64,000 nt of DNA from Octopus bimaculoides (lineage: Eukaryota): contig NC_068983.1 in NCBI RefSeq assembly GCF_001194135.2, positions 101,296,465 through 101,360,464 of the forward strand, written 5' to 3'. Every line of letters begins with the position of its first letter. Positions within the stretch are counted from its first letter, which is position 1. Below are positions 39,217 through 53,199 of this stretch, one piece after another. The notes beneath the pieces were generated by a model. It did not search any database, was not told where the DNA came from, and worked only from the letters and a program-made list of their open reading frames with translations. Made by a program: the position numbers and the translations under genes.

Positions 39217-39853
39217 AGACATGGGATGAGGTGGTGAAGCTTGACCTTTGAACATTGAGCCTCACAGAGGCAATGACAGGAGACCGAGACCTTTGGAGAT
39301 ATGCTGTGATTAAGAAAACCTGGCAACTAAAGTGAGATCGCAGCCATGCATGTCTGGCCCAGTTAAGAATACCCCTGATGCATCAGGTGATATGATATGC
39401 TTGAGAAGACCTGTTGAGTCAAGTAAAACCAATATTATAGCTGTGGCCAGTGCCCCCTGACTGGCTCCCGTGTTGGTGGTATGTAAAAAGCGCCATCCGA
39501 ATGTGGTCAATGCCAGGTCCGCCTGACTGGCTCCCATGCCGGTGGCATGTAAAAAAGCACCGTCCAAACATGGCTGATGCCAGTACCCCCTGACTGGTCC
39601 CCATGCTGGTGTCATGTAAAAAGTACTATCCAAACTTGATTGATGCCAGGCCTACCTAACTGGCTCCCGTGCCAGTGGCACCTGAAAAACACCCACTACA
39701 CTCTTGAACTGATTGGCATTAGGAAGTGCATCCAGCTGTAGAAACATTGCCAGATCAGATTGGAACCTGGTGCAGCTACTGGCTCTCCAGACCGTCAAAC
39801 CGTCCAACCCATGCCAGCATGGAAAACAGACGTTAAACGATGATGATGATGAT
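39217..39853 (+). mobile_element. RTE LINE 3' end (last codons, 3' UTR with four ~66-bp units, (GAT)n tail)
   Basis: Collinear with 18150-18851. Confidence 0.85.
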
Positions 39854-39865
39854 ATGTATATAAAA

Positions 39866-40021
39866 CTGGCTTCTTTCAGTTTCTGTTTACCAAATCCATT
39901 CACAAGGCTTTGGTTGTTCCAGGATCATGGTAGAAGACACTTAACCCAAGGTGCCACACAGTGGGATTGAACCCAGAATCATGTGGTTGGGAAGCAAACT
40001 TCTTACCACACACCCATGCCT
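39866..40021 (-). mobile_element. SINE family B
   Basis: Matches the other family B copies. Confidence 0.78.
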
Positions 40022-43000
40022 AAGTTTATGTGATTTTAATTTGTTATTCAAAATTTAAATATTCTTTTTTCCTCTCTCTTTTTTTTTTTTTTTAGGAAAC
40101 TTGAATGAATTCCTCTGCCAGCTTAAGATATGACTACTTGTTATTTGATTGACACAAATTTTGAGCAGCCAGCATCTAAGTCTACCTTCAACACTTTGAA
40201 ATCCTGGGCAACTAAATTGTTGTGCAAAGCAGAGTAGAATCGTTAAGAAACTAAAACATGTTTTTGTTTTAAATACATTACTAAAAACTATTTGTTGTAA
40301 ATTTTTCTCAATTAAAACCTGCACCTTTTATTATAATAATTTTTTTTTTTTTTGTAAATAGATCCCTGTCAATATACACCTCTACCTACACTTCTATAAA
40401 TTAAATTTAAGCAGTTTCTCCAACTTTATTAATAATTCCATTTATTTGATTTTATATTCTGAATGACTCTGAGTTTTATCTCATGTTAATTCATCCACTT
40501 ATTATGTGGCATTCTTATAGCTAGTTTCTGTATAAATAGTATCTTTTAAATGGAGTAATCAACTGAAAGAAATTGTGTGATCTTTGTTGTAAAACTTCTG
40601 GAGTTTCCTCTCAGATAAATTAGTACCTAACTGCTCATTAGGGTTCAGTATTTGAGGTACCCATATTATTATAACAGGATTTGTTATTTAATTACCATTT
40701 AATATATCCTGCAGTTTCTATTTGATAGTGTTTTAACATCTTATCATATATAGCTTTTCAAATTTGAAATCTCAGTATTTAGCTTTCTGAGTCAAAAACA
40801 ACTTTTATAGCATTTTTTTTTATCTTTCTTAAAAATATGTATCACTATGTTCTCGTAGAGGAAGTGTATTCCAAGATATTTCTAAATTTCTATAAATATG
40901 TTACAGATAATAATTAAATAAATTCTATGTGAATGCATAAATAAGGTTGCAATGAAAATTAATTTATATATTTAGATGAAAGTAATTTATTTCTGAAAAG
41001 ACTGACCGATTTTAGTTTGGCAGATCTGACTCAAAGTACCATTGTGCTCTTTTATAAGCGACTAACTGTTAGTAGATATCTTTGACACCATCTTATTGAT
41101 GCGTTTAAATTATAGTTGTCTGCGTGTGGATGTGTATAAACCTGTTTTATCAAATTCCATAGAAGCTATTCCATTTGTCACAACTGGTTCTCTCATATCC
41201 TAACTGTAGCTATCCAATACATTTGTGTTGAACCTAGACACCATAGATACACTTGTGGACTGTAGGTCTCTCAGATCTGGCTCTTTCAATCCTGACTCTA
41301 ACTGCCTGCAGTTTGTGTTGGATCATTTATTTTAGTCCAGCTGCTGCTCACCTCTTGAGTATCTGACCAAAGTTTACTTAGCTGTCAATTGCTCTCTGTG
41401 TATTTTACAAGACCTTGGTTTTCTCAGGATTTCTCATTGAATATTCTGGATTACTCTCACTGAATATTAGAACAGAACACTTTTTTTTTTTAGATATTTA
41501 TACTTCCAGTTAAAAAAAAATTTTTTAAACTTGAAAATATTAGTTTTTTTTATTGATCTTACAGAAAAATACATTTCCATTTAGATTTTCAAACACTTCC
41601 CTTAATATTTTTATTATTGGCTGCTGTCAACTGTTTAGAGGTTTATGATTGCAACTTGAATACCACCTAAATACAGTATGTGAATGAATTATTAATGTAT
41701 GAATGATATCAGATGATTTTTATCTTATTTCTATAAAAAAAAAGAAAGAAAATAAAAAAAAATAACTAGAAGATTTATTTTTCTTTCCATCAGTCAAAAG
41801 TTATTGAAACAAAGTGTGTTGCTTTTAATATAAATTTCCTTCTTCAGTTTACATAGTTTCTTTTACTGCTATTGCCTTTGTTATTGTGTTTCATTGACAT
41901 TAGTTTGCATGAGAATCACTGTATATTCTATTAAATCAACTACTTTAACTATTTATTATTAATGTTTGATAGTATGTTGAATGTTTCATACTACTTCCCA
42001 ATGATCAGTGTAATAAAGTGGTCAGTTTTAAGGGAAGAGTTAGTGTGTAATTACATCATTTTATCATTTGTTGCTGTTTAGCTTGTGCATGTAACTGCAA
42101 TGCCATGCTATGTGTTGCAGCTGAAGATATTTCCTGTATATGATTTTCAGATATTTTCTCTCAAAGTTCTGAAAGAAGCCAAATGACTACTTTATGGAAA
42201 GAACTAATAAATCTAACATAACTAGACCAAGCTATTTGTTTATTTCATTTTTGTTTGCTCATTTGTTTTTCCATTAACACTGTCCATTTATCTCTGTATA
42301 TTTTTTATTTATTTACTTTATCCTAAGAGAACTGTTTTCTTTTGACTTTTTTCACTTGCACCTGTACCTTTCACTTTGCACTGCCTTAAATTATTCATTT
42401 AGAATTCTCTCTAGTTTTGTCAGCACAGCTTTTATTTGGGTAGCATAGATTCTTGCAAAGCACTGTTTTAGTATTATAATAAATGCTTTTCTAGTATGTT
42501 TTTTTCACACATACAATTCACTTGTTTCTGCTTCTGCAATGATAAATGAGTAAATTGAAATAACTAAATTACTTTACAATACCATGGTTCTTGTTTTTTT
42601 GTTTTTTTTTTGAGATTATGTAGCTTTTTAAAAAGATTGGCATATCAAGTTCTGGGAAAATCTCTTTTCATTCTATCTTATTATGAGAATTTTTAGAATC
42701 TTTATATATTCTTGTCACTGGCCTATTTATCAATGTCCCCTTTTTACAAAAGGATTTTACATGTATGAATACATACACACATGCATATGTATATATGTAT
42801 GTATGTGTATATGTGCATATATTATACCGTCCAAATCTTGTATTCATGAAATATTAGACCTATAATGATGATAGTAATTATATCTTATTTAATGAAGCAA
42901 ATATAAAATAAAATTTTTTGATAATTGTTGGATAGATTTTCAAACTGAAATTGAACTTGTTTTACTCTGTTCTAAAACGCAAAGCCTTCCAATTGTTATA

Positions 43001-46000
43001 CTTTAATAAATCTTTTGAGGAAATATTTGTTGTAGTGAGGAATGTCTTTCAATTTTGTACACATTTTAAAAGAAATGACTTATATTTTTAAGTCATTATC
43101 TGACTTCTTTGTAGCTCCTGTGTTGGTAATTAGTATGTTGGGTTGTTAAACATTAGCAACTCACTTTAACAAGAATAATAACTGTTCTCCGTGATTGTTC
43201 CAATTAATGATATTGAAAGCTAAAAGATATTTATGATTCTGAGTTTAAACCTTCTGATATCAAACTGCCTGAAACTGCCCTTGATTTTATGATTCAAATA
43301 TACTGTTTTAAAGTGATCTAAATTATAACCACCTATCAAAATTGCATATTATTTATGTCCCAGACACCTGCTTAATATTCACAAGGTTATAATGTTAAAT
43401 TTTTCATTATTTTAAAAATTAACTGAAACAAGAACTGTGTAGTTTGAAAGAAATATAGTAAGGAAAGGGTTAAGAAAATTTGGAATCATAGACAGTACAG
43501 TCTTTTATGTGTTTCAAGTCATAGCTTATTCATGCAGTAAGGATTTTAAAAATCTTATTGGCATGGTTTGTTCAAGTCGATATAGAGTTTCCTGTTATTT
43601 TATGAATTTTAACAAAGCAAACAATAAAACTAACTTCTGTCAGAAATATCTGAGATCCCAAAACTCGATGGTTTAACTGTAGTCTCTTTCTTATTTATTC
43701 ATTTATATATTTTATAGCCAGTGCCCCAGCATGGCCACAGTCTAATGACTGAAACAAGTATAAGAAAGATATACTTTTGTGTTAGTTAGTATCTCAATTT
43801 TGATATTTCAAGGAATTTCAAAGATTGTCTAATTTAGATTCAATTTTGTATCAATCACATCATTATGTTTACAATGTAAAGTTCTAATGTATTCTAAATT
43901 ATATTTCATTAAAATAAATCCTAATTTATGATGAGATGGTCTTTGTTAAGAATTTGTGTATAAACTGCTACATCCTTTCGTTATTTGATTTCGTTCCTAG
44001 ATTCAATATTTATCAGAAGTAGCAGAATAGTTTTGTTGATCACAAGTTAAGAATTTGGGAGAAAAGAATATGTTAAAAGACAGCGAAATTGTTTGCCATG
44101 CGCCAACTTTCGATCTTCCCAGTTCATTGACTTCAAATTTGACCCTCATTACTATCAAGGACCTTTTGCTAGAGCATTAAACATCCAAAGGTCCTTCTCC
44201 TTCAGTGCAATTCAGGCCTTCAGCAAAAGTTGTGAAGTTTTAGGTGTTTTAAAAAATTTATATTCACTTATGATAATCTCTCTCTCTGTGTTATATATAT
44301 ATAATATATGTGTGTGTGTTTATCTGAGTTTAAATTTTATGATTTAGAAAATTTAGTTGTTTGATATTCCATTCTCTTGTTTTATTAATTATACAATAGT
44401 TGTCCTTGTAGCTATATAAGAACTATATAATACTTGCTTGCTCATTTTTCTGGAAAATTTTTCAGACAGAAAAAGTAGTCAGTTTTTATGGATAAAATGT
44501 GTTACTTTAAAATATTTTCCAATTTTGATATCTTCTTTATTTTCACTTTCATTTGTAATAAAGCATGTAGTTCTTTCACTTGCATAAATTTCAAAGAAGT
44601 CTAATGTATAGGTTAAAAATTGAAAGTCAAATGTTTTATTTCTTTATACACCAGAGTATTGTACTCATATATAATATGGCTCTTCTAAAGTTCTCTTTGT
44701 GAAAATAATTTCTCCAGATAGATAGTTTCTTTTAAGACTGTATTGCAACCATTTTCAACTCAGCAGATGTATAACTGGTTTAGAACTACTTTAATTTACA
44801 TTGACCTAAAATCTTCATTTTGAAATAGACTTACAGAAACATATTGTGTCTAAAAGAAATCACACAAATAGTGTCCATGTTTCAATTTACTTATTATAAG
44901 GATGCCTTAATGGTGTGCAATCATAAGTAGCTACATTTTTAACTGAATCCATCAAAACAAGGGATTATGTAATGTTTAATATACAGAAATAAAGAATGTG
45001 AATGAGATCTGTAATTTAGAAAGAAGGTTTAATATTGCTCTCTTGTAGAGGAAGCAAGGATGAACTGACTGCATGTTGTTGGAGTTAATGGAATTAATAC
45101 TTCAAAAAGATCTTAGTATCATACAATATAAAAGTTACATGTGATTCTCACAAACCTGATCTTATATGAGCTGTTATTCATTCTCTTGAAGTGTGCATAT
45201 GTTTATGCCATAAGTGGGATTAGAATAGAAAAGATTCTGAAGATCCAAAAATATCCTCCAAACCAAATCTTTTCATATAAGAAGACAATTCAAGCTATAG
45301 CTCACAGATTATTTGGTTTGATAATGTTTGATCTGCAATATGGAAGGTGGTTACTTTTACTGTTTCACAACTTTAGTAACACTGGCATAGTTTTTAGTTA
45401 CACGTGTTTGTTATCATGAGAGTAAATGATATCCATTATCATAGTTTTTGAAATCTCATTCCATTTGTTGATGTTTTTATGTTTTAAGAAAACACTTTTA
45501 TCTTTCTTTTCTTTTTGTGTTTGTGTGTGTGTGTTTGAAGATCACTTTGGCACTGAAAGTTATCATATTATTATGAATTATTAATAATATGCTATAGAAT
45601 ATTTCTGGGCAGAAAAATGTAAAACTGCCTCACACAAAGATACTTTTGTTGTGACATTTGATTTTCATCCCCTTTTATTAGTTTTCATCTAGGCTAAGTC
45701 ATGAATTCATTTTCCAATTTCTTTTTGACGATTTCTACAAACTTTGCTATAACAATATTTCTGCTTTAGCAACTAAGCACTGAATCTGAAATGAAATAGA
45801 AAATAGGTCAGTTTCAAAACATTGATGTTCAGGTCACAAAAAGCAAAGTTTGAAGAGAATAGTAGTCATTTTCTTTGAATTCTGATAGAAGCAAATAGAA
45901 AACAACTCTTACTGACCAAAAAAAAAAAAAGAAGATTAAAAGTATGTTGTCAATAATTATTATTTAGTAATCCTATTCTCAAAACAAAATTCAGTTGCTG

Positions 46001-46799
46001 TATGGATGACAAAACAAGCCAGCTATATTTGCAGTCATTTTCATAGTGTAAACATGAAAACAATATATAAAACCAAGAATGTTATTCTTCCAGCTGCCCA
46101 TGGTTTATCATCCCAATAGTGTTATCTACACAAACATCATTTGAGATTATTGTTATTGTTGTTGATTCCATCTTTTAGAATTAACTATAGGCTTTGCCTA
46201 TTTTATCTTATATATTGGTTACAAAAACAAAACAAATATATATAAATATATAAAATAATTGAATAATAAAGGATTCCAATGTTGTCATGAACTGTTTCTT
46301 TGGTTTTAAAATTAGTGTCTCCTCATTTATTTCATTCTTCCATTCTACCATGGTTTATTTATTCCTTCCAAAGACTGTTTTGTGAAAGTCTCTATTGCAT
46401 TGATTTAAGCCATAGGTATTAACAGCATTTATATATTCTCAATATTGATGACGCTTTTGAAAGATGATTTAATGCGGTCAGTTCACATTCACGGTGTAAA
46501 CTGTGGATGGCATTTCTTCATTAAGAAAATATTGGGTTTTTCCCGTTTTATTATTATTATTATTATTATTATTTTGCACTGAATGCATGTCACTTCACTT
46601 TAATGCACGACTACTATTTGCATTTCTTGCACTGAAATACAGCTGCTGGTGAATTTTGTTTGGGTGCTGAGTTTTTTTTTTTTTTCTCTTATATTAAGAG
46701 TATAGCTTATGCATGAATTATTTGAAAAATGAAAAGAAAATGTCTTGTTTCAGTTGTATCTAAAACGAAAAAGAAAAAAAAAAGAAAGAAAGGAAGGAA

Positions 46800-47330
46800 A
46801 AAAAAAACTGCAGCATAATGCGAAGAATAACAAACACTATATTTTGATAATGTCTCTCATTCAACCAAGATTCAACATCGCTAAAACAAATTACTTTCTG
46901 TGTACACTGAAACTGGACATTTTCTTTTTGATAGCGGCGGTAGTATATCGGGAATCGATATGATGCTCTGTATTATCGTAAAAGGCTATTTAGTTCTTGG
47001 TTGAAAATCGGTGTGCAAATACAGCAAGTAAGCAAATAGCGGCCGCAGAAATTTTTTTTTCTTTCTTATGAATTATGATTATTTTCTCTACAAATTATGT
47101 ATAAATATAGGCTGTGTACTTAAGATATTTATATTACGTAAACATACCACCAACCACGCGTATGAATTTAAATATAGACAGTGTATATCAAGTACCTATG
47201 TTTAGTTGTGTGTAGGTAACTAAATAAAATACAATCGGTTGTTTCCGTTAGTAGTCCCGACAGCAACCGCCATCGCTATTCGTTCACTGTTAGACCTGTT
47301 TGAGCCGACCTTTCATCGGAGGCATTCAAA
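46800..47330. promoter_or_regulatory. Candidate promoter-like region at a CpG-depletion boundary
   Basis: By eye, CpG is scarce from about 3.5 to 46.7 kb and common from here on (GCGGCGG, GCGGCCGC); not counted. Confidence 0.25.
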
Positions 47331-50180
47331 CCATACCTATCCCGTCTTTTTGTATGTTAGTGATTATATTGTCTTATATGCTCCTTTTTTTATAAAAGGA
47401 GAAGGCTTTGAGGGAGATGTGGCTGTTTTTTTTTTTTTTTTCTAGCCACTCCATCGACCGCATAGAGGTTCCCTCGCTAATTCATGAAGGGTTGATTTGC
47501 ATTGATGACTCTTAAAGAATAGCTACATCTGCTGGAAGACGAGTTCTTTTCTTGTCTTGTTCTAGTATTAATCCTTCTGCCTCTCTCATATGTGAAGTAA
47601 CTGGGTAGAAGTGGGAACAGATGAAATTACTTTTAATTTCAACGAAGACGGTCTCAGCACCATGATGTGAAATCACTTTGACTAAGTTGGATCTCAGTTG
47701 GTAAAAAAACAAACTCATGTTTGTATGCTGTCATTAGTGTTGTATTTTGTCTCCATTCGCAGCCAGAACGAATTGTTAAAATAACACGAGATTAATGAAT
47801 CGTTTAAAGATTTGTAGTAACCAAACTGATTATCGAAATGAAGTCTAGAGAATAAAAAGGTAAAACAGGTCTTTTGTGTGTAGAACTAGTGGAATAACTA
47901 AATGGATGATAACTTGTTAATGTTTCTGTTTGCCAGCAGTGAGAATGCATGTTATCGCAGACATTTATTCTTGTGTGATATCATTCACACCTTTCCTCAA
48001 AATTATACGAATGAAATGAAATGGTTTCAACTAGAAATTAAAATAGAATGGCAAGTGTGAGTGTGTGTGCGTGCGCACGCGTTTTTATATATACCATTTT
48101 GAAATAACAGTTCGTAAAAACACTTTTCCTTGTTGAGTGACAGCTATTCTTAACGAATTAAAGAAAGTCAACTGATCTCATTGTTAAAAGTTATCGGTGA
48201 TGTTGCTGGAGAACAGACAATTAAAACCTTCACAACTGCTATCACTCTTAAAGAACACGTATGAGAAATCTGAAGTGCATGTGCTAATAAAATTACTGAA
48301 CAGAAGCAACCCAAATGGAAAGCAAAACTTGAAGAAAATGTCAACAATCTGCACCACCATATTGAATGGTTAACCACGATAATATCATGCAAGGAGAGTA
48401 ATGAGTTCATACATCGCCAATTACATCTTATGAAAAAAAAAATAACAAAACTCTGTTGTAGCTCTTCACGCCAACAACTTAAGGAATTGCTTTAAAGTAC
48501 GAGTTAATTACTTTGAAGCACGAACTCAGGACGCTGAGTGAAAAACTTCGTTATCGGAGAAAATTTTTCAAGTTAGATAGTATAAATAACAAGCTTGCTT
48601 TATATCCACAAGAATTATACTGGGAAATGAGGAAGAACAGAAAGGCCCTTCTCAGGAAGATTTTGAATCATTCTGATCTAAGATCTGGAACGAAAAGAGA
48701 GATTCCATCTAGAATGCATACAGTTAGGAAAGTACTGTATCTACATCGACAGCAAAGCATACACAATCGACGTCGAAACTTTCATTAGATCTGTAGGCAA
48801 ACTACATTATGGGAAGGCACCTGGAAGAGATTTAATTGCTGAACTTCTACAGGAAGATATTAATATGAACTACAGAAAGCCACATTGACATCCAAATTGG
48901 CTTGCCATAGTACGGACGAATCTTGTAGCTTAGAATGAAACCATCAAGTTGACAGAAAACTATAAGCACATTGCTTGCCTAAGCTTTTATGCACAAGCTT
49001 TACATAAGCTGCCTCAACTTCCAGGATCATTGTGAGTCCAACAATACACGCAAGCAGAAAGACGTGGTGATGTGCCGAACAACTTTTGATAAAGTTGTGC
49101 TGTTCGAAGTAAGAAAACGCTGCAGAAGCATTGTGACAGTATGGTTTGATTATAGAAAAGCAATCGACTCTTGGTTGCTAATGTTTCTGCATTTGGGGAA
49201 AATAACTGCTGCCACTGAGAGAATTACAAAGATCTGGGCAACAATATTCACACTTGAAGTAAGAGCAGAACGATTGTCTCTGATGTCATAAATATTTCAA
49301 GGAGATGGGCTTTTTGTAATTTTGTTTATTTTGGTATTAAATCTATTGTCGTTTCTTTTACAAAAACTCAATAACTACATGCCAGGATCTGCAACTGCTA
49401 CAGATACCAATGCAACCGGTACCTGTTTTTGTGGATAATTCAAAATCTATGCTAAAATTGTTTACAATGCCAAAATGCAGCTGGAATAAGATTTTCAGTG
49501 GATATAGGAATGGAATTTGGCTAAAAGAAATGTTCGTATCTGATTGTTGAACGTGAAAATCTCCCCTAAACGCAGAACTTCTGCATCAACGGTTTCACTA
49601 TCTCTTCTGTTTCACAAAGAACGCTATAAATATATCTAAGTATTGATGAAAATATATCATACTAAATTATGATACATTCTCGGGTCACTCCAACAAAAAT
49701 GGAGTGACCGAAAAGTATTATACCAGACTTAGAAAAATATGGCAGTCGGAGTACCCTTCTTACAGCAAGACAACATCTCAATGCATTTGCTATACCAGTT
49801 CTGATACCAACATTTGAGATAGTTGACTAGTTTTCAGAGAAAGTCCATTCTATAGACATTAAAACCCTCAAGATCTTGTCATTAAATGGAAAATTCCACA
49901 GATTCAGAAGTGAAGAAGGAAATAGAGGCTTGGCATCAGTGTAGGCAGCTTCTGAATGTTGTATAGTGTCTCTCAGCGCTTGTTAAACATCAGCAGCAAA
50001 ATATATAAATCTAGTGTTGAAAAGCGAAGAGAACAACATCCTACGAGTCCTCAGTGAGCTCTTCAGGAAATACACGTTTTCTGACGTTGTCCCATACAAC
50101 CCCGAAACAACTGGACAATCATGTCTAAAAGAAGACTTAGATGTGAAATTGCTCAGCATACCAAAGACTATGCATGGGTA

Positions 50181-51433
50181 CGAGTGTGGGTTGAAAAGTT
50201 CATTGGCTGACTACGAAGCAGTGATAGTAGAGCTGTGAAATATAGCATGCATTAATTTCAACCCTTCTTATAAATAAGTGCATTGTCTCGTTCAATGACT
50301 GTTCAAACTTTAAAAGTAACTGGTAGCAACAGCAGATGTAACGTCATCATCTCTGCGATACTGGTTCCCAACCAAGTGTTTTTTTCACGTTGTAGAACAG
50401 ATGATAGTCAGACGTAGCCAAAAAAGGAAAATTGAGAGTGTAATGAACCAGTTCAATGCTATAGTCATGCACAATAAGCATTGAAACCAAGAAATTGTGT
50501 GCTGGAGTATTGTCCTGATGAAACATGACCTCTTTCGTCAGATTTTCTGGGCGTTTGGTCTTGATAGCCTTTCATAACTTCCTCAGCAAGTTGGCAGAGT
50601 ACTCTTTATTGATGGCGTGTCCTTTTGAAGATAGCCAATAAACACGCCTTTTATATCCCCGAAAACTGAGGTCATCTTCCCTGCAGATAAAAAGACCTTG
50701 GCCTTCTTTGGAGCAGGTGAGGAAGAGTGTTTCTACGTCATGGATTGTGTCTTTGTCTCTGGCTTAAAGTGATGAAGCCAACACTCGTCCTGGGTTAGCA
50801 AGCATTCAAGGAAACCAGCTGGATTTGCCTCAAACAACGTTAGATTTTCCCGTAATGTGATCAGCCTGATACACTTTTGATCAGATGTCAGAATACGTGG
50901 CACCCACCGAACAGAAACCTTCACCATGCCAAGTTCATTGTGCAGAATATTCTCAACCCCCTCACGGGATATGCTAATAGCATTGGTTATTTGATTTATA
51001 GTCAATTACTCGTCATCCATCAGCATGTGGCGAACACGATCAACATTTTCCTCGGTGGTGGCAGTTGCAGAACGTCCAGCATTAGGTTATCATCAAGACT
51101 CTCCCGTTCCCCTGTTAAATTCAGTTGCCCACTTTTGCACTGTTTATACTGCTGGAGCGTCATCCCCTAAAGTAGCAAGCATGAATGTCATGTGGGGCTA
51201 AACCCTTTTCCTGCAGGTACTTGAGAACACCACGATGCCAAATTTTGTCCATTTTTCAAGAGAAGTCGCTACTAGTTACTTTCGAAGCATTCTTTGAATA
51301 GTCAGATGTCAGTTTACCTGGAACGAAACAATGCAGGTATTAATAAGAAAGGTTGGAATTAATGCATGCAAAATTTCATAGCTCTAACATCACTACTTCA
51401 TAGTCAACTTATGAACCTTTCATCCTATCCCTA
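50181..51433 (-). mobile_element. Near full-length mariner (DD34D-type) transposon, decayed
   Basis: About 1.25 kb; TIRs CGAGTGTGGGTTGAAAAGTTCATTGGCTGAC and a degenerate complement at 51403-51433; TA duplicated at 50179-50180 and 51434-51435; transposase fragments include VSVRWVPRILT and LTQDECWLHH. Confidence 0.88.
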
Positions 51434-51468
51434 TATGTTTCATAAAACTTAAAGATGACAGTAATATC

Positions 51469-51611
51469 CTTTCTACTAAAGGCACTAGGCCTGAAATTTG
51501 GTGGGAGAGGACTAATCGATTACATTGACCCCAGTGCGCAACTGGATGAAAGACAAAGTCGACCTCGGCGGAATTTGAACTCAGAACGTAGCGGCAGACG
51601 AAATACCGCTA
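51469..51611 (-). mobile_element. Truncated SINE family A with perfect 18-bp TSD
   Basis: AAAGATGACAGTAATATC at 51451-51468 and 51612-51629. Confidence 0.88.
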
Positions 51612-51754
51612 AAAGATGACAGTAATATCTACATGAAATACAGCCTTTCTTGGACTTGCGACTTCTACATCACATCACATTTCGAGGGCTATGCGTCTGC
51701 AATTCGGAGCAGGAGATTTTTACAAAATATCTGCAAAATATCTAGAAAATGTTG

Positions 51755-52066
51755 ATTATGTTACATTTCTGTGGAAGACATCACACATTGTCAATGAACA
51801 CGCCCATAACACCAAAGATTATTTGAAAGCTGCCATAGTCAGAGTAATGTCCAAAATGAACCAGGACCACTTGGTTCGAGTATGTAGATGATTTAGATCT
51901 CATATAGAAGCAGTTGGTGAAGCTGAATGTAGGTTTATTGAATAACATTATAGAAAAGGTTTATTTTTATCCTCATAGCACATTTTGATAAAGTTATTAT
52001 CTGTTATCATATATCTGTTTTTTTTTTATAAACATAAATCTGTCCTCAAATATCTTACGCACCCTG
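51755..52066 (+). mobile_element. 3' fragment of a maT/DD37D-like Tc1-mariner element
   Basis: Encodes VNEHAHNTKDYLKAAIVRVMSKMNQDHLVRVCR*FRSHIEAVGEAECRFIE*; ends ...ACGCACCCTG-TA (TIR CAGGGTG). Confidence 0.65.
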
Positions 52067-52094
52067 TACACACACACACACACANNNNNNNNNN

Positions 52095-52497
52095 AATCAA
52101 CACTTTTTTGCCAACGAATTACAAGTTTGTTTATTCCGGTACCATGAAAATCTGGAGTTCTGGAGCTGATGAACTCTTTGGACACATTTTCAGCATCAGT
52201 TTGATTATTGAACGCCTTCTCTCGCAGGAAACCACCAAGATGCTTGAAAAAGTGGTAGTTGGTAGGAGAAAGGTCTGGGGAATAAGCTGGGTGGGGAAGA
52301 ACTTCGTAGCCAAGTTCCCTCAACTTCTGGAGCGTCATTAGTACGTGTGGTCGAGCATTGTCATAAAGAATGATTGACCCTCTTCTGTTGACCAGTATGG
52401 GACGAAGCGGTAGCAGTTTTTTGTTCATTTTGGCAATTTCATGGCAATATGTTTCTGTACTAATGGTGCTTTCCGGGTTTTAAGAAGTTATTGTGGA
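52095..52497 (-). mobile_element. Mariner transposase C-terminal fragment
   Basis: ILYDNARPH...VLPHPAYSPDLSPTNYHFF: second D and YSPDL motif. Confidence 0.88.
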
Positions 52498-52657
52498 CTA
52501 GCAGAGGCACCCGGCGTTGCCCGGGAGTGAAAATTTTCTTTACATATTGGAAGAAAAAAAGCAAAATATGTTGTATAGAAATGTGTCATTCTAAGTTCAA
52601 TTTATTCTTCAATTAGGATACAATTTATTCTTTAATTGGGAAATCAATTCTGAATTC

Positions 52658-52692
<35 letters not shown>

Positions 52693-53195
52693 TAATAATA
52701 AACGAAAATACAAAGTTTAGTACTTTTATGAAAGGAGATAAATTCTACTACATATATTAAAGGAAATTATGTAAGAGCTTCTGGGTAAACAACATTCTTT
52801 GTTTTCTGGTTTGGAGCATAGACAAATAAGTCTTGCAAACTACCTACCCTGGAGCAACCAACATAAAGTTGACCATGAGAAAAGCAAGCCAGTAGATTTC
52901 AAAGACTGACCTTGAGCTTTATTAATAGACATTGCAAAGCAAAGTCGCATTGGGAATTGTGTTCGTTTGGACTCAAATGGCATGCCTGTTGGTTTGATCG
53001 GAATTCTTGGAATGAAAACCTCTTCCCAGAGGCACATCCAGTGATGATGTTAACTTCTGTCACATTAGGTGATAATGTCTTCACAATCAACCTTGTCCCA
53101 TTGCATAATTTAGGAGGATCTAAATTTCTTAGAAGCATTATTGGGACTCCTACCTTCAGAAAAAGTTTATGTGGAGGAATTCCAGGTGGCTCGTG
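52498..53195 (-). mobile_element. Helitron 3' fragment (PIF1-like helicase C-terminus and 3' end)
   Basis: [34 protein letters not shown] and [19 protein letters not shown]; 3' hairpin CCCGGGCAACGCCGGG (52510-52525) followed by CTAG|T at 52498. Confidence 0.9.
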
Positions 53196-53199
53196 AGAA

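Larger units (their letters stand above)
48170..51750 (+). mobile_element. Decayed R4/Dong-like (REL) LINE, interrupted by a mariner and a SINE
   Basis: Fragments VWFDYRKAIDS, IFQGDGLFVILFILVLNLLSFLL, LFLWII/KIYAK (YxDD region), DIGMEFG, PKTMHGY | (resumes at 51436) KLKDDSNI..SLSWTCDFYITSHFEGYASAI. Same family as 4200-6020. Confidence 0.78.

Noticed and set aside
44040-44260. GC-richer patch with open frames on both strands
   Set aside because: No family resemblance, and all three frames from the strong acceptor at 44000 stop within 16 codons.
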